Shown: positions 1-9,265 of the stretch, in pieces
Layout: every line of letters begins with the position of its first letter
Position numbering within the stretch: the stretch's first letter is position 1
DNA from: Patescibacteria group bacterium
GTDB lineage: Bacteria; Patescibacteriota; Patescibacteriia; UBA9570; JAHJKD01
DNA: 64,000 bases
Direction: 5' to 3'
Assembly: GCA_043798935.1 (NCBI GenBank)
Contig: JAZDOC010000014.1
Coordinates: 3,549 to 67,548 of the forward strand
Notes under the pieces: generated by a model
What the model saw: the letters and a program-made list of their open reading frames with translations, nothing else
Told to the model about the DNA's origin: nothing
The model's database searches: none
Position numbers and translations under genes: made by a program

Positions 1-434
1 TGTTGATGACGATGATCTAAAAAATCAATAATATCTTTTATATCAATTAACCCGTGATGAACGGCCGGATTAATCTCATCAAGAACCAACAAATCAGGAC
101 GTTTTTCCACCATAATACGCCTAACATAGGCCATAGCCTGTTCAGCTAAATGATAATCAGTTGGTGTGGGGTTTAATAAATCAATCGGTTCTTCTGATGC
201 AAAAGGTAAAATTTCAATTTCTCCTTTTATTTTACTTAACGCTTTGATTTCACCAGTATCTTTATAGCCACGCAAAAAACGCACCATTAGTACGCGATAA
301 TCATGACCCAAAGCGCGCATCATTAATCCCAATGCGGCGGTTGTTTTGCCTTTACCATCACCCGTATAAACATGCACTAAACCGAGCTTTTTCTTTTGAT
401 TAAATTGTTTTTTTGGTTTTTTATGAGTATTCAT
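1..434 (-). CDS. Cob(I)yrinic acid a,c-diamide adenosyltransferase (CobA/CobO/BtuR family), 3' end outside window
   Basis: Manual translation from ATG 434: ...LGLVHVYTGDGKGKTTAALGLMMRALGH...PDLLVLDEIN..., the family P-loop motif; absent from ORF track. Confidence 0.88.
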   Translation of the reverse strand, partial: MNTHKKPKKQFNQKKKLGLVHVYTGDGKGKTTAALGLMMRALGHDYRVLMVRFLRGYKDTGEIKALSKIKGEIEILPFASEEPIDLLNPTPTDYHLAEQAMAYVRRIMVEKRPDLLVLDEINPAVHHGLIDIKDIIDFLDHRHQ

Positions 435-466
435 TTTTTGTGTTTGTTATTATCTTATTGCTTGTA

Positions 467-1162
467 TTATATACCTCTAATCTCACATTTGTCCACATAT
501 TTTTGCATTATTTCTTGAAATTCCTTTATTTCCTCGTCGCCAAAACTGAATTCATCAGCAAAACTAGGGTCTAATGTTTTGCGGGCTCTAAACTGCTGTA
601 AATAATAATTTTTTGCGCCTTTTATCAACTCGCCTATTTTATAAAAACTTTGTTTATCAAACAAGCGTGGCATGATAGTAGATCTAAATTCATAATCCAA
701 CCTGCTCAACATAATAATCTGTATGCTTTTAGTAATGTTATTAATATCCACTTCAGTATTAACGGTTAGAGCGTATTTCTCTAAACTGTTTTTTATGTCC
801 ATGGCAATATAATCAATCAGCTTTTTATTTATTAAATCTTGCAGTAGGTCCGGATTAGTACCATTAGTATCTAGTTTTAAAAGATAATCAATATCTTTCA
901 CCTTACGAATAAAATTTTCAATATCATTATAAATTAATGGTTCGCCACCAGTAATAACCACGGCCTCTAATACATTTTTTCTTTTTTTTAAAAATTCTAT
1001 TATTTCGTCTTCGCTAATTTCCGGATAATACTTACTTGGATCGACCAGCTCAGGATTATGACAAAACCCACAACGAAAATTACAGCCACGTGTAAACACA
1101 ATGGCTGCAATCTTATCTGGATAATCTATCAGCGAGGTTTTTTGTAAACCAGAAATAATCAT
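467..1162 (-). CDS. nrdG: Anaerobic ribonucleotide reductase activating enzyme (radical SAM)
   Basis: GCNFRCGFCHN CxxxCxxC motif, ITGGEP, directly downstream of nrdD. Confidence 0.92.
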   Translation of the reverse strand: MIISGLQKTSLIDYPDKIAAIVFTRGCNFRCGFCHNPELVDPSKYYPEISEDEIIEFLKKRKNVLEAVVITGGEPLIYNDIENFIRKVKDIDYLLKLDTNGTNPDLLQDLINKKLIDYIAMDIKNSLEKYALTVNTEVDINNITKSIQIIMLSRLDYEFRSTIMPRLFDKQSFYKIGELIKGAKNYYLQQFRARKTLDPSFADEFSFGDEEIKEFQEIMQKYVDKCEIRGI

Positions 1163-1163
1163 A

Positions 1164-1334
1164 TTACTCGCAATCGCAAGTACCAGATGAACTTAATTGT
1201 TTATCATATGTTACGCGGTCAATAAATTCACTTTTTTTACCTTCATTCCATTGTTGTACGGGTACAATCCAACCCACTACGCGTGAATATACTTCGCATT
1301 TTGTTCTTTGTAATTCTAATTCTTGATTATTCAT
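1164..1334 (-). CDS. Stand-alone NrdD C-terminal glycyl-radical peptide (56 aa)
   Basis: Manual translation MNNQELELQRTKCEVYSRVVGWIVPVQQWNEGKKSEFIDRVTYDKQLSSSGTCDCE; matches the NrdD YSRVVG..P...WN.GK..E...R tail; below the ORF-track cutoff. Confidence 0.88.
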   Translation of the reverse strand: MNNQELELQRTKCEVYSRVVGWIVPVQQWNEGKKSEFIDRVTYDKQLSSSGTCDCE

Positions 1335-1361
1335 AATTTTATTGTTAATTTTTGTTATTAT

Positions 1362-3473
1362 TTAAACTTTTACTTTGTTTAACAGCTTCTTTTTAACACT
1401 TTTTTTATCTTTTTCTTCCGGAACATAGCCAATTTCTTGATCACACTTTGGGCAATAGAAGTGTTCACCCGGCAAGTAGCCGTGTTTGGGGCAAATACTG
1501 AATGTTGGTGTTATAGTATAGTACGGTAAATGATAATTTTCGGCAATGGTGCGTACTAATTTCTTACAAGCTTCTGGGCTTTCCATTCTTTCACCAATAA
1601 ACCCGTGTAAAACCGTGCCACCGGTATATTTAACTTGTAAATCATCTTGATAATCTAGAGCTTCAAAAATATCGTCGGTTATTCCTACTGGTACATGAGT
1701 TGAATTTGTATAATAGGGCTTTGCACTTTCTTCTCTGACTGCTTTATCGTTAGCAAAAATAATATCCGGATGAAGTTCTAAATCTTTTTTAGCAAAACGG
1801 TAAGTTGCGCCTTCAGCCGGTGTGGCTTCTAAATTGTATAAATCATCGTCTGCTTCTTGATATTGCTGTAACTTTGCTCGCATATGATCGAGAATTTTAA
1901 TAGCCAGAGCTTTACCTTCGGGGCTGGCAATATTTTTACCCATGTAGTTTACTAAACATTCATTCATACCATTTAAACCAATAGTATTAAAATGATTTTT
2001 CCAATATTGGCCAAATCTTTTTTGAATTCCGCTTAACCAATATTTAGAATATGGATACAAGTTTTGTTCAGTAAAACGCTCTAAAACTTTCCTTTTTATT
2101 TTTAAACTCTCTCGCGCCATGTCCATTAATTTATCAGTCCGATCGTATAAATCTTGTTCATCTTTTCCTTTGGCCAAATAACCAATTCTAGCCATGTTTA
2201 AAGTTACAACACCAATTGATCCAGTAAGTGGATTAGCTCCAAATAACCCGCCGCCCCGTTTTCTTAATTCACGGTTATCAAGGCGTAAACGGCAACACAT
2301 GGATCTAGCGTCGTCCGGGTCCATGTCAGAATTAATGAAGTTAGAAAAATATGGCACGCCGTATTTTGCGGTCATTTCCCATACTTTGCTAATGGCCGGA
2401 TTTTCCCAATCAAAATCCTTAGAAATATTATAGGTTGGAATTGGAAATGCAAATATTCTACCATCAGCATCACCGGTTAACATGGCTTCGGCAAAAGCTT
2501 GGTTAATCATGTCCATTTCTTTTTGAAAATCTTTGTATTTTTCTTCTTTTACTTCCCCGCCGATTACAACGTTTTCATTACCTAATGTACCGGTGGCTAC
2601 AACATCCATGGTAATATTTGTAAACGGTGTTTGAAAACCAACACGTGTTGGAACATTTAAATTGAATAAAAATTCTTGGATACTTTGTTTAACTTCTTTT
2701 TCGGTTAAGTTATCGTAGCGTACAAATGGCGCTAAAAGCGTATCAAAATTAGCTACGGCCTGAGCCCCAGCTGCTTCACCCTGTAAAGTGTAAAGAAAAT
2801 TAACTAATTGCCCCAAAGCGGTACGAAAATGTTTTGGTGGTGAAGATGTTACTTTATTAGCCGCTCCGCCAAATCCGCGGACTAATAGGTCTTTTAAGTC
2901 CCACCCACAGCAATAAACAGCTAATAATCCTAAATCATGTAAGTGTAAATCGGCATTTATATGCGCTTGCCTTATTTCAAGTGGATATAATTTATTTAGC
3001 CAGTATCTGGCGGTTATGGCTGAAGAAACATAATTGTTTAAGCCTTGCACCGAAAAACTCATGTTGCCGTTTTCATTAACCCGCCAATCCATTTGACCGA
3101 CATAGTCTTCGATTAAAGCATCACCGTCAACGAGCTTTTTTACATCTCTTATTTGTTTGTGTTGTTCTCGATATAAAATGTATGCCTTGGCGGTTTTGTC
3201 GTGCCCTTCTTTTATTAAAACTTGCTCAACAATATCTTGAACTTGTTCGACTGTTGGAGTGGTATGCGTTCCAAATCGTTCTTCAACAATGGCCACCACA
3301 ATTTTTGTAACCATGGTTGCTTTATCCCAATTTTCACCGCCAGTTGCTTTAGCAGCTTTAAAAATCGCTTCCGTGATTTTGTTTGGATCAAAATCAGCTA
3401 CGCGTCCGTCTCTTTTTTTAATTTTTGTAATAATTGCGCTGGCAATCAGTTTTTCTTGCTTATTCTCCTCCAT
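1362..3473 (-). CDS. nrdD: Class III ribonucleoside-triphosphate reductase large subunit (ATP-cone, lacks glycyl loop)
   Basis: ATP-cone (KIKKRDGR), HLHDL, YCCGW, SMCCRL, EATPAEG, YYTNSTH, Zn site CPKH...CPKC, then stop. Confidence 0.93.
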   Translation of the reverse strand: MEENKQEKLIASAIITKIKKRDGRVADFDPNKITEAIFKAAKATGGENWDKATMVTKIVVAIVEERFGTHTTPTVEQVQDIVEQVLIKEGHDKTAKAYILYREQHKQIRDVKKLVDGDALIEDYVGQMDWRVNENGNMSFSVQGLNNYVSSAITARYWLNKLYPLEIRQAHINADLHLHDLGLLAVYCCGWDLKDLLVRGFGGAANKVTSSPPKHFRTALGQLVNFLYTLQGEAAGAQAVANFDTLLAPFVRYDNLTEKEVKQSIQEFLFNLNVPTRVGFQTPFTNITMDVVATGTLGNENVVIGGEVKEEKYKDFQKEMDMINQAFAEAMLTGDADGRIFAFPIPTYNISKDFDWENPAISKVWEMTAKYGVPYFSNFINSDMDPDDARSMCCRLRLDNRELRKRGGGLFGANPLTGSIGVVTLNMARIGYLAKGKDEQDLYDRTDKLMDMARESLKIKRKVLERFTEQNLYPYSKYWLSGIQKRFGQYWKNHFNTIGLNGMNECLVNYMGKNIASPEGKALAIKILDHMRAKLQQYQEADDDLYNLEATPAEGATYRFAKKDLELHPDIIFANDKAVREESAKPYYTNSTHVPVGITDDIFEALDYQDDLQVKYTGGTVLHGFIGERMESPEACKKLVRTIAENYHLPYYTITPTFSICPKHGYLPGEHFYCPKCDQEIGYVPEEKDKKSVKKKLLNKVKV

Positions 3474-3484
3474 AATAATTGATG

Positions 3485-3952
3485 TTATTTTTTTCTTTTT
3501 TTATTTATTAATTTGTTTATTTCTTCTTGGAACGCTTCGACATCTTCAAAGTCTCTGTAAACTGATGCGAAACGGATATAAGCGACTTTATCTAATTTTC
3601 GTAAATGTTTCATTATTATTTCACCAATATCACGACTGTGAATTTTATCGTTTTTAGCTTTTAATTGAATGTCTTGTTCGATATCTTGAATCACACGCTT
3701 TAACTTTTCAGCTGTCGTAGGACGTTTTTCTAAAGCTTTTTGCATGCTAACAGCCAGTTTATCTTTATCGTAAGCTTGTTCACTGCCATTCTGCTTAACT
3801 ACTTTTAAATTTAATATTTCCACTTCCTCTACCGTCGAGAACCGAAAACCACACTTATCGCATTCTCGACGGCGCCTAATAGTAATATTTTCCTCGGAAG
3901 ACCGAGAATCTATTACTTTAGTATCTTCATTATGGCACGACGGGCATTTCAT
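3485..3952 (-). CDS. nrdR: Transcriptional repressor NrdR
   Basis: MKCPSC...VIDSR...RRRRECDKC, ATP-cone, VAYIRFASVY. Confidence 0.97.
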   Translation of the reverse strand: MKCPSCHNEDTKVIDSRSSEENITIRRRRECDKCGFRFSTVEEVEILNLKVVKQNGSEQAYDKDKLAVSMQKALEKRPTTAEKLKRVIQDIEQDIQLKAKNDKIHSRDIGEIIMKHLRKLDKVAYIRFASVYRDFEDVEAFQEEINKLINKKRKK

Positions 3953-3965
3953 ATTTGAAATTGTT

Positions 3966-4014
3966 TTACTATATATTGTGTTGGTATTAATAATTATAGC
4001 ACAATATCTAGTAA
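3966..4014 (-). promoter_or_regulatory. Tandem NrdR boxes flanking an extended -10 promoter of the nrdR-nrdD operon
   Basis: ttACTATATATTGTGt (3966-3981) and gcACAATATCTAGTaa (3999-4014) fit acaCwAtATaTwGtgt; TGcTATAAT on minus strand at 4001-3993. Confidence 0.85.
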
Positions 4015-4017
4015 ATG

Positions 4018-4046
4018 AAAAACCCCGCTAAAAACGGGGGTTTTTA
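4018..4046 (-). terminator. Intrinsic terminator of 4069..4953
   Basis: aaaaaccccg-ctaaaaa-cgggggtttttt hairpin with A/T tails. Confidence 0.75.
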
Positions 4047-4051
4047 TTAAA

Positions 4052-4060
4052 TGTGGATAA
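4052..4060 (-). promoter_or_regulatory. DnaA box
   Basis: Perfect TTATCCACA on minus strand, upstream of the nrd promoter. Confidence 0.5.
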
Positions 4061-4068
4061 CTATAAAA

Positions 4069-4953
4069 TTAAAAGAATAATTTCGCTACCATTAAACCGA
4101 CAGCGAATGAACCAACATTACATACTACTGATATCCATAAAGCCCGACGATATTTAATATTTAATAACTGATTAATTATAAATGCTTCAACTAGCATCAC
4201 AATAATTTCACCAGCTAAAGTAGGTAAATAATTTGACCATCCCCCATTTTGTTTAGAAATAACATTAAATATAAAAAGTGCGATCCAATTATTAGAAACA
4301 AACCATAAATAAGGCAAGGTAAGAGCTGATGAAATAATACCGGTAAAAATTATTTTGCCGTGTTTTGGTTTATCAGATTTCTTTTTATAAATTATTTGCA
4401 GTAATACCCATAATAATATTGTTTCAACAACAATTGTAATAGCTAAAGCTAAAGGAAAATTACTATATAAATTTGCGGCGTTAGCTGTGGTTTGAACTGA
4501 TTCATTAAAATTCATAGGCATTTCGAAAGTAGTTTCGCAAAACCTATCGACCCCATTTTGTTCGCATGCAGTAAAATCAACAGGGCTGTCTCCGATATTA
4601 GCGATGGTAAAATCTCCATCCGGCGTAACGCCATCTAAACGACAATAATTTATATGGCGGTAATTTAGATAATACGGTTCTTCAACAATACAGCTGTCGG
4701 AATTAGTGCAATTTGCGCTATAGCTATAAATCAAAGAATCAACATAATTACCAGGATCATAATTTGGATCTTCACCGGGTAGATATATATAACCGTAGCA
4801 AGACACGGTATAGTCAACAGACTTATTATAAGGCTGGTGATTTTTAGTAAAATGAACTTGGGTTTTTGTAGGAAAAGAAATATCTGCCAATAATACTATT
4901 GGCATAATTAATAACCCGAATAAAATGCACACTAAGATACTTTTTTTAAGCAT
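4069..4953 (-). CDS. Hypothetical membrane protein (signal peptide, Cys-containing extracellular domain, ~4 C-terminal TM helices)
   Basis: Hydropathy pattern of the ORF translation. Confidence 0.75.
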   Translation of the reverse strand: MLKKSILVCILFGLLIMPIVLLADISFPTKTQVHFTKNHQPYNKSVDYTVSCYGYIYLPGEDPNYDPGNYVDSLIYSYSANCTNSDSCIVEEPYYLNYRHINYCRLDGVTPDGDFTIANIGDSPVDFTACEQNGVDRFCETTFEMPMNFNESVQTTANAANLYSNFPLALAITIVVETILLWVLLQIIYKKKSDKPKHGKIIFTGIISSALTLPYLWFVSNNWIALFIFNVISKQNGGWSNYLPTLAGEIIVMLVEAFIINQLLNIKYRRALWISVVCNVGSFAVGLMVAKLFF

Positions 4954-5012
4954 ATTTTTATTATATATTAGTATACTTAATATAATGTTATATTTAATTA
5001 TTTGTTACAGCT

Positions 5013-5810
5013 CTATTGTTTTGATTTAATTAGAACTGGATAATGATCTGAAGCTTTGGTTTTTATTGTACTGCTGCTTTTTATATTGAATTTATAGTTA
5101 ACAAAAATATAATCAAGTCTTTTTTTCGCTACCATCCATCCGGTAAAAGTTTTTTTGGGGCCATGATGAATAGCTAGTTTGTTAACGTCTAAATAGTGTT
5201 TGGTAAGCAAGCTATAAGTTTTGCTGCTAGGTTTAGAATTAAAATCGCCCATCAAAAACGCCAATGTATTCGAAGACAATTTATTAACTTTTTTAATAAT
5301 TTTTTTCACACTGTTATTACGGCTGGTATTACTTTTACTTAAATGGGTATTGAAAATATAAAATTCATCTGCCCCATTTTGAAATTTTGCCCAGGTGACA
5401 ATGCGTGGTATGCGGCCATGCGAGAGCCAAAATGTATTTGACTCTAAAACAGTGTATTTGCTTGTTTTATAGAAAATTGGATTAAACTCACCCAAATTTC
5501 CACCACTGCGTCCTTCTCCTACATAAGCATAGCCATCTAAATGATCTAATAAATAACTTAACTGCGTATAAGACACTTCCTGCAAACCAATGATGTCGGC
5601 TTTTTTTATCTGATTAATAACTTTATCTCGCCTGTTTTCCCAAGCTCTATCCCCTGTGTCTTTTGCTGTGTTAACCCTAATATTAAAAGTCATTAATGTT
5701 AAAGGGTTATCAACAACCTTTATTTCTTGTGCCGATATAAAATTAACATGCCAGAATAAACTTAGCACTATGACGAAAAGAATAATTATTTGCTGATGTC
5801 GAATTTGCAT
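5013..5810 (-). CDS. Secreted endonuclease/exonuclease/phosphatase family protein
   Basis: MTFNIR, ADIIGLQEV, FNTHL, GDFN, RLDYIF, SDHYPV motifs; N-terminal signal. Confidence 0.9.
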   Translation of the reverse strand: MQIRHQQIIILFVIVLSLFWHVNFISAQEIKVVDNPLTLMTFNIRVNTAKDTGDRAWENRRDKVINQIKKADIIGLQEVSYTQLSYLLDHLDGYAYVGEGRSGGNLGEFNPIFYKTSKYTVLESNTFWLSHGRIPRIVTWAKFQNGADEFYIFNTHLSKSNTSRNNSVKKIIKKVNKLSSNTLAFLMGDFNSKPSSKTYSLLTKHYLDVNKLAIHHGPKKTFTGWMVAKKRLDYIFVNYKFNIKSSSTIKTKASDHYPVLIKSKQ

Positions 5811-5817
5811 TTGTTAT

Positions 5818-5848
5818 AAAAAAATCATCTGCGAGAGGTGATTTTTTA
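5818..5848 (-). terminator. ftsZ terminator
   Basis: Minus-strand aaaaaatcacctc-tcgc-agatgattttttt. Confidence 0.65.
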
Positions 5849-5855
5849 ATTTTAA

Positions 5856-7040
5856 TTACATCATTTTTTTTCGTATAAAGGCCGGGACTTCCAGATCATC
5901 TTCTTCGGCATTATTCTGTACCGGTGTTTGCTCCATAATATTTCGCGATTTAAATGAAGGCTTTGGCTCGGGCTCTTCTTCTTTTTCTTCTTTATAAGCA
6001 GTACTGGAAAAAGGAGTCGGCCGAGCAGTTTGAATTTTTTTAACAGTGCGTGGTTGGTCACCAAACCCGGTAGCCACAACTGTTATTTTAACTTCATCTT
6101 TCATGTTTTCGTCAACAATAGAACCAAAAATAATTTTAGCATTAGGATCAGCAGTTTCAGTGATTACTCTGGCGGCTTCATTTACTTCGTGCATGCCTAA
6201 ATTTTCTCCGCCGGTAATTGTAAATAATATACCTTTAGCGCCATCAATAGACATTTCAAGAAGGGGGCTATCGATAGCGGCTTTGGCGGCTTCAACGGCT
6301 CTATTTTCACCACTAGCGATTCCAATACCCATTAAGGCAGAACCAGCATCCTGCATAACCGATTTTACATCCGCAAAATCTACATTAATTAAACCCGGAA
6401 CAGTGATTAAATCTGAAATTCCCCGTACGCCCTGATTAAGAACATCATCTACGGTCTTAAAAGCATCTAGTAGAGATGTTTTTTTATCAATGATTTGTAA
6501 TAAACGATCATTAGGGATAGTAATGATAGTATCAACTTTATTAGCCAGTTCACCCAGCGCTGATTCAGCAATAGCTCTTCGTTGTGCGCCTTCAAAAGCA
6601 AACGGTTTCGTAACCACAGCCACTGTTAAAGCACCGGCTTCACGAGCCAAATCAGCAATAAGCGCCGATGCGCCACTACCAGTTCCGCCACCTAAACCAC
6701 AAGTAATAAACACCATATCTGAACCTTTTAACATTTCGGTTAATTCTTCTTGATTTTCTTCAGCCGCTTTTCGGCCAACTTCCGGATCCATACCAGCCCC
6801 CAGGCCACGAGTAGTAACTTTTCCAATATGAACTTTTTTATTTGCCGGGTTGTGTTGTAACGCCTGCGCATCAGTATTTATTACTACAAAATCCACGCCT
6901 CGAAAACCCGAGTTAATCATTCGAGAAACAGCTGATCCGCCTGAACCGCCGACGCCGATTACTCTTATTTTAGCGAATGTTTCAATGTCTGGTTTTATTT
7001 CCATATATTTTGAGTTAGCTTTTTTAATGTTTTTATTCAT
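5856..7040 (-). CDS. ftsZ: Cell division GTPase FtsZ (alternative start 7004)
   Basis: GGGTGSG tubulin motif, NVDFAD, C-terminal LEVPAFIRKK; own promoter TTGACG-17-TATTAT near 7141-7113. Confidence 0.98.
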   Translation of the reverse strand: MNKNIKKANSKYMEIKPDIETFAKIRVIGVGGSGGSAVSRMINSGFRGVDFVVINTDAQALQHNPANKKVHIGKVTTRGLGAGMDPEVGRKAAEENQEELTEMLKGSDMVFITCGLGGGTGSGASALIADLAREAGALTVAVVTKPFAFEGAQRRAIAESALGELANKVDTIITIPNDRLLQIIDKKTSLLDAFKTVDDVLNQGVRGISDLITVPGLINVDFADVKSVMQDAGSALMGIGIASGENRAVEAAKAAIDSPLLEMSIDGAKGILFTITGGENLGMHEVNEAARVITETADPNAKIIFGSIVDENMKDEVKITVVATGFGDQPRTVKKIQTARPTPFSSTAYKEEKEEEPEPKPSFKSRNIMEQTPVQNNAEEDDLEVPAFIRKKMM

Positions 7041-7222
7041 AATTATTAGCTATCAATATGTGATGAACACATTTTTTAATGATTATATTTTTATTTTTTT
7101 ATAATGCATTAATAATAACTAAAATCGCATTTTGCGTCAAGCTTCTTGCATACATATTTTATACAGCTAAAAAACTCTCGAACAAATCGAAAGTTATGAA
7201 TAATTATAAATAACAAATATAA

Positions 7223-8467
7223 TTAAGGTAATAAAGATTTTACCCACTTTTTCATTTTTCCGGTTACATTAGTGACAGAGGAAAATTTTGGCATGCTAAT
7301 TCCACCGCGACGAACATTTGATAAATTAGCGCCCCAAAGCACTAACCCAACAGCTGTAGCAAAAACCGGATCATTTATTTTTTCAATAGCAGTTTTAAAA
7401 TCTTTTGGAACACCGCAACAAGCTGGCAAACTAAATTGCTTTTTAGCAGTTTCCACAATACCGTTTAATTTGGCACCGCCACCGGTAATTACAATTCCAG
7501 CTGGTAACATTCCAGCTTTATCAATATTTTTTAATTCTTTATTAATCATGGAGAAAATTTCTTCTACTCGCGCTTCGATTATTTCCGCTACCTCCTTTTT
7601 AGAAACCAATCCTTCTTCTTGGCTATCAATATCGGCTAAGTTTATCATTTCTCTTTTACTGACATCTTCACTAACTGTTGTGCCATATTCGGTTTTTATG
7701 GCTTCGGCGATTTCAACACTAGTACGTAAACCAATAGCAATGTCGTTAGTGATATGACCTGCGCCGACCGGTAATATTTTTGTATAAATAACATCACCCT
7801 CTTCAAAAACCATAATGCCGGTGGTTAGACCGCCAAAGTTAATAAGACATGTCCCTAATTCCTTTTGACGACGCGATAAAACGCTTTCCGAAGCGGCTAA
7901 ACAGCCGACTACTAAATCTTGAATGTCTACACCAGTACGATAAATACACTTGGTAAGATTTTTAATTTGTGAACTAAGACCTAATATTATTTGAGCGTAA
8001 ACTTCTAATTTAATACCGGTCATGCCAACTGGATCTTTGATACCACGTTGATTATCGACAGTAAATTCTCGTGGGATAACGTGTAGAATTTCGTAATTAG
8101 GCGGAGTGGCAACAGTTTGAGCGGCTTCGATAACTCTGGCGACATCGTCTTCTTTAATTTCACCGTCGGCTTTAGATACAGCTACTACGCCATGGCTTTC
8201 TTGAGAAATAACGTGTGAACCGTTAATGCTGATATAAGCTTCTTCTACGGGCATACCTGTCATTCTTTCAACTTTTTCTAAAGCACTGGAAATAGAAGAA
8301 ATAGCATCTTCAATGCTAGTGACAACTCCTTTACTAATACCTTCAGCTGGATGTTCAGCCGCGCCAATAATATGCACTTCGTTATCTTGTGCTGATCGTT
8401 GGCCCACAGCCACACGAATTGTGGTGGAACCAATGTCTAAACCGGTTATTATCTGTTCTTTTGCCAT
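7223..8467 (-). CDS. ftsA: Cell division protein FtsA
   Basis: GLDIGSTTI, ITNDIA, ITGGGAKL, amphipathic C-terminus; upstream of ftsZ. Confidence 0.97.
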   Translation of the reverse strand: MAKEQIITGLDIGSTTIRVAVGQRSAQDNEVHIIGAAEHPAEGISKGVVTSIEDAISSISSALEKVERMTGMPVEEAYISINGSHVISQESHGVVAVSKADGEIKEDDVARVIEAAQTVATPPNYEILHVIPREFTVDNQRGIKDPVGMTGIKLEVYAQIILGLSSQIKNLTKCIYRTGVDIQDLVVGCLAASESVLSRRQKELGTCLINFGGLTTGIMVFEEGDVIYTKILPVGAGHITNDIAIGLRTSVEIAEAIKTEYGTTVSEDVSKREMINLADIDSQEEGLVSKKEVAEIIEARVEEIFSMINKELKNIDKAGMLPAGIVITGGGAKLNGIVETAKKQFSLPACCGVPKDFKTAIEKINDPVFATAVGLVLWGANLSNVRRGGISMPKFSSVTNVTGKMKKWVKSLLP

Positions 8468-8501
8468 ATCAAATTATAATAAATTTATTATAATACAAAT
8501 T

Positions 8502-8870
8502 TTAAAATAATGCTAGGAAGTACGGTAAAAATATTAGAAGCGCGATCACGGTTGCGCCAAAACTTGCAATTAAAACTGCGGCTGCCATGATATCTTTAAT
8601 TATTTCAACATAAGAATGGATGCGTGGTTTCAAAATATCAATAATTCTTTCAAAAATTGTATTGATTAATTCCAGAACTAAAACCAAAGTAATTAACATT
8701 AGTAAAACAATGGCCTGCCAAGCTTGAACTTTAAAAAATAAAATAGCTAAAATCACAACCAAACCGATTGTTAGTTGAATGCGAAAATTTTGTTCGTTTT
8801 TAAAAACATAAACTAAGCCATGCATGGCATATTTAAAGCTTCTTTGTAATCTTTTTAAACTAAGCGGCAT
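8502..8870 (-). CDS. dgkA: Diacylglycerol/undecaprenol kinase family
   Basis: SFKYAMHG, EQNFRIQ, ELINTIFE, KDIMAAAVL. Confidence 0.9.
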   Translation of the reverse strand: MPLSLKRLQRSFKYAMHGLVYVFKNEQNFRIQLTIGLVVILAILFFKVQAWQAIVLLMLITLVLVLELINTIFERIIDILKPRIHSYVEIIKDIMAAAVLIASFGATVIALLIFLPYFLALF

Positions 8871-9265
8871 AATATTTGCTGTTCTTTAATAATCATTTTT
8901 TCAGCATCGCTGTTTTTTACGTGATCATACCCTAATATATGGAATAAACCATGAATTAATAAAATATTAACCTCTTTTCTGACACTGATTTTCTTTTCTT
9001 TGGCTTGTCGACAGGCTCGATTATAGGCAATATATATCTCCCCCACTTCTTTAGTGTAGATAAACGATAACACATCGGTTATTTTATCCTTGTGACGATA
9101 AATTCTGTTTATTTTTCTAATTTCTCGATCACTAACAATAATTATGTTTATTTCTCTTTGGCCTTTCTCTGGATTATTTTTATTTACTAAACTTACTACT
9201 TCAAAAATATTTTTCTCATTCACTGCCGGAGCAGATACAGATTTAATTAATGTTGGTATTATCAT
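8855..9265 (-). CDS. ybeY: rRNA maturation endoribonuclease YbeY
   Basis: TDVLSF, IHGLFHILGYDH. Confidence 0.93.
   Translation of the reverse strand: MIIPTLIKSVSAPAVNEKNIFEVVSLVNKNNPEKGQREINIIIVSDREIRKINRIYRHKDKITDVLSFIYTKEVGEIYIAYNRACRQAKEKKISVRKEVNILLIHGLFHILGYDHVKNSDAEKMIIKEQQILCRLV

Noticed and set aside
1335-1400. nrdD pseudogene by frameshift
   Set aside because: Both parts have intact motifs, a proper stop and start, and an AT-rich spacer, consistent with gene fission
4052-4060. Replication origin
   Set aside because: Single box, no cluster, no dnaA nearby
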